Source of the DNA: an uncultured Candidatus Bathyarchaeia archaeon
GTDB lineage: Archaea > Thermoproteota > Bathyarchaeia > Bathyarchaeales > Bathyarchaeaceae
Direction: 5' to 3'
Assembly (NCBI GenBank): GCA_964510635.1
Contig: CAZEBS010000007.1
Location: 22,386 to 86,385 of the forward strand
DNA length: 64,000 nt
Positions 36,830 to 43,667 of the stretch are shown piece by piece; position 1 is the first letter of the stretch; every line of letters starts with the position of its first letter. A program made the translations under genes and the position numbers. The notes beneath the pieces are model-generated. The model did no database searches, was not told the origin of the DNA, and saw only the letters and a program-made list of their open reading frames with translations.

Positions 36830-38188
36830 TTACATCTTTTTTGCTTTCTCAATTATCTGACTGGATTTCTTTTCCCACTCCTCAAGTCCTTCAGGAGTGG
36901 TCGGATAGTTCCTGTACAGTTCCTTAATTTCCCTCATGAGTTTGGCTGTGGTATTCAGTTTTCTGAGAAGAGACAAACTTCCAAGACCCTTGAAGAGCCT
37001 ACTCGTCTTTTCAGTTATGTTAAGTTTCAGCTCCTCACCCATGCTTGTCTTAAGCAGGTCATCGTCCGTGATCAGGTGATGTTGCATACCATAATTCATT
37101 TCCTTGTTGGTCAACCGCTGAAGAAGCATACGGAAAATGTCCAGCCCAGCCTGTTTAGCACCATACAATTCCATGAACATGCCCGTGTAAGGCCAAAGAA
37201 CTTCTCGGCTCACGTCTCCCTTCTCTAATGCACCGATGATGATTTCTGCGGCTTTCACTCCGCCCATCATCGAGGAGCCTATTCCGCCGCCGTGAATCGG
37301 ATTAACTTGGCAAGCCGCATCGCCAATAATGATGATTCCGTTTGCTACCATGGGGCTTATGGGTCTTCGGGTTGGAACAAGGCCTCCGCCGCCAGTTAAG
37401 GCCCGTGAATTTTTGAAGAGTGGTCTAGACAAAACGTGTTCATGATACAATTGTTTTGGGTTAGGGAAACCTTTGGTCATGGCTACGCCTAAGCCCGCGT
37501 TAACCGTGCTTGAGTTTTTGGGAAAAATCCAGCAGTATCCTCCTGGAAAACGCTGCAGGTCAAGGTAGATTTTACAGAAGCTAAGCTCAGAAATCGGCTC
37601 TTTTACTTCACGGATTTCGCGGTAACAAACCTCTACATCCTCATCTGCAACTTCTGTTTCAATGCCAAACTCTGGAGGAAGCCTCTTTCTTAAAACTGCT
37701 GAATGTCCACTTGCATCCACAACAACCTGAGCAGGTATTTCGTTGATTTGGCCCGTTTCTGTGTCTTTAGTTGAGACGCCGGCGACAAATCCATCCTTTA
37801 TGATTGGTTTCGTCACCATGGTTGCGTCCATCAGGGTTGCCCCTGCATCCTTCGCCTCTTTTAATAGTCTCTGACCAAAAAGTTGGCGATTAACTAGATA
37901 CCCGTGGACTCCCTCGCCCTGAACAGTAACGACGGTTTCCATGTCCGGCGAATAGACTTTAATTCCATCTATTTTCTGTTCCAGTTCCTTTCCTGAGGGA
38001 GGCGCCAACTTTATGGTGTCAAAGTGGTGTCTTCCTATGGCGTCCCCGCAGACCTTGTCTCCTATCTTCTGCTCTGGCTTTTGATCGATCATGCAGACCT
38101 CAAGTCCGGCTTCGGCAACAGTTTTGGCTGTCAGGCAGCCTCCTGTTCCGGCGCCAACAACTATAACATCAAATTTCTTCAATGGCAT
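36830..38188 (-). CDS. Geranylgeranyl reductase family flavoprotein (digeranylgeranylglycerophospholipid reductase-like)
   Basis: FDVIVVGAGTGGCLTAKTVAEAG (FAD GxGxxG), CGDAI, and the later GDAACQVNPIHGGGIG motif. Confidence 0.8.
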   Translation of the reverse strand: MPLKKFDVIVVGAGTGGCLTAKTVAEAGLEVCMIDQKPEQKIGDKVCGDAIGRHHFDTIKLAPPSGKELEQKIDGIKVYSPDMETVVTVQGEGVHGYLVNRQLFGQRLLKEAKDAGATLMDATMVTKPIIKDGFVAGVSTKDTETGQINEIPAQVVVDASGHSAVLRKRLPPEFGIETEVADEDVEVCYREIREVKEPISELSFCKIYLDLQRFPGGYCWIFPKNSSTVNAGLGVAMTKGFPNPKQLYHEHVLSRPLFKNSRALTGGGGLVPTRRPISPMVANGIIIIGDAACQVNPIHGGGIGSSMMGGVKAAEIIIGALEKGDVSREVLWPYTGMFMELYGAKQAGLDIFRMLLQRLTNKEMNYGMQHHLITDDDLLKTSMGEELKLNITEKTSRLFKGLGSLSLLRKLNTTAKLMREIKELYRNYPTTPEGLEEWEKKSSQIIEKAKKM

Positions 38189-38338
38189 TTTTCTCCAGTT
38201 TCTAGTTTGTTATTCTGCCTGAAAAGGTCTTCATAACTTTTGCGATACTTGGGGAGCATCTTGAAGGATTAAATTAAGTCTTTTAGCTGGTTAGATGCTC
38301 ATAGAAATGGTTTCAGTCGAGTTGTATCTTGTTTGAGG

Positions 38339-38379
38339 CTAAAAAAGGGATGTAGCTTGGACTCTTTCAGTTGAGTCCA
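38339..38379 (-). terminator. Hairpin plus T-run terminator (minus strand) after the 38403-38882 gene
   Basis: TGGACTC-8nt-GAGTCCA at 38358-38379. The minus strand then reads cccTTTTTT (the plus-strand A-run at 38341-38346). Confidence 0.45.
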
Positions 38380-38402
38380 GTCTGGGCTGGTGAATTCGTG
38401 GG

Positions 38403-38882
38403 TTACATCCAGTTTTTATAGTTCTGTTCTTCCCACACTTTAGTGACTTCGATGTGTACTTCTTTTTCATAGAAGTCGTTATTGAAGATGTTGAGGTACC
38501 ACACCATGTCCACGTTTTCTGGGTCCACACTCCAATTGACAACTTCGCCGTTTGTGTCACATATCCATCTCTGGACCTTTCCCATCATCTTGTCGCCTAC
38601 TTTGCAGGGGAACCATCCAAGAGTGTCTTCAAACATGACCGCAGAGTGGGGAGTCCACTTTATCGTTCCCTTTGAAACAGTCATCTTCACTTCAAAGAAT
38701 TCTGCTGGCGCAGACAGATAGAACGCTCTGAACTTCACTTCCTTGCCTTCGATTGTTATAGTGTTACTATAGATCAGTTCTCGTTTCTCGCTGTAAGCCA
38801 AAGCATACATTACGCTAGCCAAGCTTCCAACAAACATCAGCAAACCGAGCATGCCAATCTTAATTGCTTTTCTCCTCTGCAT
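38403..38882 (-). CDS. Hypothetical membrane-anchored protein
   Basis: 159 aa with an N-terminal TM (IGMLGLLMFVGSLASVMYALA). No recognised motif. Confidence 0.4.
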   Translation of the reverse strand: MQRRKAIKIGMLGLLMFVGSLASVMYALAYSEKRELIYSNTITIEGKEVKFRAFYLSAPAEFFEVKMTVSKGTIKWTPHSAVMFEDTLGWFPCKVGDKMMGKVQRWICDTNGEVVNWSVDPENVDMVWYLNIFNNDFYEKEVHIEVTKVWEEQNYKNWM

Positions 38883-39012
38883 TTTCCATCATGGCGCAAT
38901 TCTACTTAACAAAATATTACTTCTAGTGTTGTGAGGGATGCGACAGACAACTACTCAAATACAGATTTCTTCTGTAAACACAAAAAAGCAGTTGCCTGAA
39001 TGGGAAACCATG

Positions 39013-39894
39013 TTAAGATGAGCAGTTTTCGTCGCACTTATTTGCTTTGAATTTGTCCCAGCAGTGCACTATATCCCGCATCAGTTCTGGCTGCAGATCA
39101 TAGAATTCGTTTATTCTTCCCTCTGGAAAGAACATTCTGACGCTAACTTCTCGCCCAAGCCTATCCATAGTTAGCATACTTGCCTCAGGCTTCTTTGATA
39201 GAACATCCTTGTATTTTTCGTAAAATTTGTCGATTGTTGGCTTAATGCAGTCCTCGATCATTTGCTTGTTTGTTCTGTGATCGAGATGTGGGAAGCCCAT
39301 CTTGAAGGAGTAGTCGATTATGTCCTTTCTTCCGGAGTAGTTGAGTATGATACTATCTAGCACTTTTTTGTTGGGTATTTCTGTGATGTTGTATGTTGGC
39401 GTGTAGATTTTGGTGTAGTTGATAGTTATCTCTTTAACTTCGCCCTCAACATCTCCGATTTTCACGTAGTCTCTAACCATAAACGGTCGGGAAATCATTA
39501 TGTAGAAACCCGCCAAGAAGTTACCTACGGTCTGAGTTGAAGCAAAACCTATGGCTGTTCCTGTTAAAGCTCCGCCTGCAAGAAACAAGTCGGTAGGTAC
39601 ATTGAACAGAACCAAAACCGAAATCACGGCGCCTGTAGCAACAAGCAATCTGACAACTAACTTCATAATGTTGATTGCATGAGGCTCCATGTCCACCCGT
39701 TTTCCATACTTGCCTATTGAACTGCGAAGAACCTTGTCAAGAACAAAAGCAATGACAACAATGGCTAGAACTAAGCCTACATCAAGAATCAGTTGCTCGG
39801 TTGCTGTTAAAGAAGGAAACAATTGAGCCAAGAAACCCTCGTTTGAGGTTGAGTTGTCTGCTGTTAGGAACATAGGAACTTTGATACACTCCAT
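39013..39894 (-). CDS. Mechanosensitive ion channel, MscS family
   Basis: GNFLAGFYIMISRPFMVRDYVKIGDVEGEVKEITINYTKI is the MscS pore-helix/beta-domain junction. Three N-terminal TM segments. Confidence 0.75.
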   Translation of the reverse strand: MECIKVPMFLTADNSTSNEGFLAQLFPSLTATEQLILDVGLVLAIVVIAFVLDKVLRSSIGKYGKRVDMEPHAINIMKLVVRLLVATGAVISVLVLFNVPTDLFLAGGALTGTAIGFASTQTVGNFLAGFYIMISRPFMVRDYVKIGDVEGEVKEITINYTKIYTPTYNITEIPNKKVLDSIILNYSGRKDIIDYSFKMGFPHLDHRTNKQMIEDCIKPTIDKFYEKYKDVLSKKPEASMLTMDRLGREVSVRMFFPEGRINEFYDLQPELMRDIVHCWDKFKANKCDENCSS

Positions 39895-40021
39895 ATGACG
39901 AAAACTGTGAGACTTTGGTTAAACAAAAACCTTTCTATGTCCAAACGAAAAGATTACAAAAGAAAAAAGCAACAATTAAGACCCAGTGAATTATAAACTC
40001 AGGTGAAAGAGAGACAAAACC

Positions 40022-40342
40022 ATGCCAGAAACGCTTCGCGTAAAAACGTGGCAACAATTTAAGGAGTTAGCCCACGAAAAGAACGCCACAACTGTTGTTT
40101 ACGTTATCGCCCAGAGCATCCCAGCCAGAAACCACACTGGACTAAAACTCATCCTACCTGTCGAAGGTGCCCAGTACATCTTCACAGACTCAGCTAAAGG
40201 CGACAAAATGAGAAGAACAGGAATACCCGTCCGCACAGGCAGCAAAGGAAACCGTTTCCTCACAGATCAGGATGTAATCAGCTTTCTTAGAACACAAATG
40301 GAAATAAGCGGACTAAAAATTTTCTCGTACTGGACAGCCTAA
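40022..40342 (+). CDS. Hypothetical protein
   Basis: 106-aa ORF with no recognisable motif. A convergent hairpin TCGGGTC-7nt-GACCCGA follows at about 40391-40411. Confidence 0.35.
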   Translation: MPETLRVKTWQQFKELAHEKNATTVVYVIAQSIPARNHTGLKLILPVEGAQYIFTDSAKGDKMRRTGIPVRTGSKGNRFLTDQDVISFLRTQMEISGLKIFSYWTA

Positions 40343-40455
40343 AAAAACTGCTGTATTCAGAAAACAATAAAAAATAAAAAGAATGGTTGTCGGGTCGATC
40401 GTTGACCCGATTATGCTACTGTCTGTTGAGCGTTGTTTCGTCCAGTTGGAACTCG

Positions 40456-40716
40456 TTACGGAATGAACATCGACAGCAAAGTTTCTGTGCGAACCACGCT
40501 GGGATGCTTTTCAATCATCTCGTAGATAATCTGTGTCAGCTGCTCGGAATCGTCTGCTTCGATTATGGCAATCGCATCGAATCTTCCTAGAACCGAATTA
40601 GCCAGGGTTACGCCCTTTATCTTTCTGGACTGAACGATCTCCTCTGACGTTCCGGGTCTCATGGTCAAGAGTACGAAAGCCCTTATCTTCTTGCTACGGA
40701 GATCTTTTGGAGCCAC
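40456..40716 (-). CDS. Stand-alone Lrp/AsnC ligand-binding (RAM) domain protein
   Basis: 86 aa. AFVLLTMRPGTSEEIV...VLGRFDAIAIIEADDSEQL fits the RAM/ACT-like fold pattern. No HTH. Confidence 0.65.
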   Translation of the reverse strand: MAPKDLRSKKIRAFVLLTMRPGTSEEIVQSRKIKGVTLANSVLGRFDAIAIIEADDSEQLTQIIYEMIEKHPSVVRTETLLSMFIP

Positions 40717-40731
40717 TGTGTTTCTCTCCTT

Positions 40732-40962
40732 TTAGAAGAGCGTGATCGCAGTTTCGGTGTGGACGATGTTGGGGTCCTTCTCGATTACTTTGTATACAAA
40801 GTCGTTGAGTGTTTCTAGGTCTGGAGCTTCTAAGACAACTATGACGTCGTGTCTGCCGTAAACGGAGTCGGCATGTAGAACGTTTTCGAACCTCATTCGG
40901 ATAGCTTTAACTACGTCTTCAGATGTTCCAGGTCGGGTTTCAATCAGCAGGTATGCTTTCAT
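40732..40962 (-). CDS. Stand-alone Lrp/AsnC ligand-binding (RAM) domain protein
   Basis: 76 aa. MKAYLLIETRPGTSEDVVKAI...VYGRHDVIVVLEAPDLETLNDFV. A paralogue of the adjacent gene, 30 nt downstream of glnA. Confidence 0.7.
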   Translation of the reverse strand: MKAYLLIETRPGTSEDVVKAIRMRFENVLHADSVYGRHDVIVVLEAPDLETLNDFVYKVIEKDPNIVHTETAITLF

Positions 40963-40992
40963 GCTTATTCACCTCTCTCCATATTCTACATT

Positions 40993-42462
40993 TTAATAGT
41001 CTAGATATTTCATTATTTCCCACGGAGTGACATAGAGGCAGTACTGGTTCCAGTCATTGGTCTTGTAGTCTATGAAGGCATCGAATATGTGACTTCCAAG
41101 TGTCTCATGAATAACTTCGTCGCTCTGCATAGCCTCCAAAGCGTCTCTCAATGTTGTCGGCAACTCTTTAATGCCCAGTGCACGTCTCCTTTCAGGGCTC
41201 AACTCGTAAACGTCTTCGTCAACGGGGTCTCCGGGATCAATTTTCTTCTTTATTCCGTCAAGCCCAGCCATCAGTATGCACGCAAAGCCTAGGTATGAGT
41301 TGCATGATGGATCAGCAGAACGTAATTCGGCGCGTTTGGCTGCAGCATGCTCTGGTCCTTTGAAGTATACGGGAACACGTACCATGGCTGACCGGTTGCG
41401 GCGGGACCACATTATGTAAATGGGAGCTTCAAAACCTGGCACGAGTCGTTTGTAGGAGTTTACTGTTGGGCAGTTTATGGCGGTTATAGCTCTGGCGTGT
41501 TCTAGTAAGCCTCCGATGAAGTATCTGCCTGTCTGGCTCAACTCTGCGTAATCGTCAGCTTGGTCATACATTGCGTTCTTTGTTCCTTTCCATAGGGATG
41601 CATGAACGTGCATGCCGCTGGCGTTGTCAAGATAAACGGGCTTAGGCATGAAAGTTGCAATTAATCCATGCTTCTTTGCGATGTTTTTGGCTACGAACTT
41701 GTAATAGAGTGTCCTGTCAGCTGTTTTCACTAATTCGCCATATTTGAAGTCGATTTCAATTTGTCCTGCAGTGGCAACTTCGTGGTGGTGCATTTCAATT
41801 TCTGTGTCAAAGTTTTCTTCCAGCAGTGAGGCAACTTCGTTTCGGTACTCAACAGTTGTGTCCTCTGGTGGTGGTCTGAAGTATGCTTCTTTCGGTCTTA
41901 ATGTGTGGCTACCTGGAGTGGTTTCTGGGGACTTTGGCACAACTCGGGGTGCTCCCCATGAGTCTCCTGCGCCGCCTTTTGGACTAACCCACATGTCCCA
42001 AACAAGGTTTGTAGGGTCTATGGAGCTGAAGACGAAATATTCCAGTTCTGGACCGAATAAGCCTTTGTAGCCCATGTCTGCTGCTGCTTTGACTGCTCTT
42101 TTAGCTACGTATCCTCTTGGGTCTACGTCAGAAGGTTCTGAGCCTCCGTAAGCTTCATAGACATCTCCTATGATTATGGCACTTCTCTGCATATCATCGG
42201 TTGTCCATGGTATGATAGCTAGCGTGTCAGGGTTTGGTTTGAGAATCATGTCTGATTCTTCGATGGTTTTGAATCCTCGTACTGATGATCCGTCGAAGCC
42301 GATGCCGGCGGTTAGGGCTTGTCCCTCCGTGTAGTGTTTTGCGGGTATCACTACGTCCTGCATTAGACCTCGGATGTCTACGAAGGCTGTGTGTACCCAC
42401 CTGATTTTGTTTTTCTTTAGAGTTTCTCTGGCTTTTGTAATGGCCTCCATGTTATTCACCAT
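40993..42462 (-). CDS. glnA: Glutamine synthetase, type I
   Basis: 489 aa. FDGSS..GF, GPELEYF, NASGMHVHASLW, and NSYKRLVPGFEAP...WSRRNRSAMVRVP are all GS-I signatures. Confidence 0.9.
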   Translation of the reverse strand: MVNNMEAITKARETLKKNKIRWVHTAFVDIRGLMQDVVIPAKHYTEGQALTAGIGFDGSSVRGFKTIEESDMILKPNPDTLAIIPWTTDDMQRSAIIIGDVYEAYGGSEPSDVDPRGYVAKRAVKAAADMGYKGLFGPELEYFVFSSIDPTNLVWDMWVSPKGGAGDSWGAPRVVPKSPETTPGSHTLRPKEAYFRPPPEDTTVEYRNEVASLLEENFDTEIEMHHHEVATAGQIEIDFKYGELVKTADRTLYYKFVAKNIAKKHGLIATFMPKPVYLDNASGMHVHASLWKGTKNAMYDQADDYAELSQTGRYFIGGLLEHARAITAINCPTVNSYKRLVPGFEAPIYIMWSRRNRSAMVRVPVYFKGPEHAAAKRAELRSADPSCNSYLGFACILMAGLDGIKKKIDPGDPVDEDVYELSPERRRALGIKELPTTLRDALEAMQSDEVIHETLGSHIFDAFIDYKTNDWNQYCLYVTPWEIMKYLDY

Positions 42463-42564
42463 TCATTCAACTTAATGTGAGAATATTACAAGTTTGTATA
42501 TAAATCTTTCTAATGTGCTGAAGGAAAGCTTATATACATCTTCCGTTAATGAACAAGTGTTCAT
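42463..42564 (-). promoter_or_regulatory. glnA promoter module plus the perfect palindrome ATGAACA-AG-TGTTCAT, shared with the divergent lrp promoter
   Basis: The minus strand reads TGAACACTTGTTCA (42563-42550), then 45 nt, then TTTATATACAAA (42504-42493), then cttgt, then AATATTC (42487-42481), then 18 nt, then ATG. The palindrome at 42549-42564 is a 7-2-7 perfect inverted repeat. It lies 13 nt downstream of a plus-strand TATA (CTTATATA, 42529-42536) that serves lrp. Confidence 0.65.
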
Positions 42565-42590
42565 GGTGAGACAAAAAACTAAAAAGTGTC

Positions 42591-43091
42591 ATGACCAATT
42601 ATTCAATAAAAGGAGGAAATACTAAACTGAATTACGATTCACCCCACAAAGTAGATGAAGTCGACCAGAAAATAATCCGCCTGCTACAAGAGGATGCCAG
42701 AAAAAGCTTCAACAAGATAGCTGACAGCCTCGGAATAGCAGTTGGAACAGCCTACAACCGCGTAAAGAACTTAGAGGACAGAGGAATCCTGAAGGGTTAC
42801 ACTATAATGTTGGATTCCGCTAAACTTGGTTACGGCCTGACTGCCCTGATACTTATTGAGGCAGAGGGACGGTTTCTTCCCGAAGTTGAGAAGGGGCTTG
42901 CCAAGCTAGATGAGGTTATATGCATTTATGACATCACTGGCGACTATGACATTGCTGTGGTTGCGAGGTTCAAGGACAGAACTGCATTGAACAGCTTCAT
43001 CAAGTCGGCATTGAAAATGCCCCATGTGAGCAGAACGGTAACAAACGTTGTGCTCAATGTTGTCAAGGAAGACTTCAGAGTAAAGGTGTAG
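42591..43091 (+). CDS. Lrp/AsnC-family transcriptional regulator (full length, HTH plus RAM)
   Basis: VDEVDQKIIRLLQEDARKSFNKIADSLGIAVGTAYNRVKNLEDRGIL (HTH_AsnC) plus a C-terminal RAM domain. Divergent from glnA. Confidence 0.8.
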   Translation: MTNYSIKGGNTKLNYDSPHKVDEVDQKIIRLLQEDARKSFNKIADSLGIAVGTAYNRVKNLEDRGILKGYTIMLDSAKLGYGLTALILIEAEGRFLPEVEKGLAKLDEVICIYDITGDYDIAVVARFKDRTALNSFIKSALKMPHVSRTVTNVVLNVVKEDFRVKV

Positions 43092-43282
43092 TCTACTGCG
43101 GCTCAGGCATCCAGCCGCATAACTCGATTTCTTCCACACGCTCCTACTTGACTATATCTTTCTCTTTACATAGAAACTCTTGATTGACCAATTAAGAGTT
43201 AAAATTTAACCCCAAACCCAAACGTACTTACTTGTGCTTGCACTCGTTCTCTCTTACCTACACCCCCCTCATGTGTGAAACC

Positions 43283-43340
43283 CACACGCACACACGCGCA
43301 CGCACAAAGAAATAGATTATAACCAGTTATGCGCGCGCAT
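43283..43340. repeat. Alternating pyrimidine-purine (Z-DNA-prone) tracts
   Basis: 43283-43306 is CACACGCACACACGCGCACGCACA, 24 nt of strictly alternating Y-R. 43329-43340 is ATGCGCGCGCAT, a 12-nt perfect palindrome that also alternates. Both sit in a 576-nt intergenic region. Confidence 0.7.
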
Positions 43341-43667
43341 TATTCATTAATAATCAGCGTAATATGTAGTCTGTGGCCTTCATATATTACCTGCTTCAAA
43401 TCTTAGTTCTGCAACCTTCATGGCATCAATAAGTTAACAAGTCTTACAAAATGTTATATGCAAAACGGATGGAATTATACTTCAAGAGTGACGGTTGCCA
43501 ACAGCGGTCATTCGCAACAACAGAAGGTCTGTTATGTCTTGGTGGTTCGGAATGCGTTCGCATTCAAAAGTAAGAACACTGGTTTCGGTGAATCTAAAAT
43601 CTATTGAATGGACTGCTGAAAGTAATCAGAACTCGATTAAAACTAAAAACAAAAAGGAAATGAGAAA

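Noticed and set aside
43545-43570. Palindrome GAATGCG-tt-CGCATTC as another copy of the nitrogen operator.
   Set aside because: Its half-site spacing and sequence differ from TGAACA-N2/4-TGTTCA. It shares only the pentamer GAATG/CATTC with the right half of the KaiC-type site, and it is not followed by the TATA block. I treat it as an unrelated inverted repeat.
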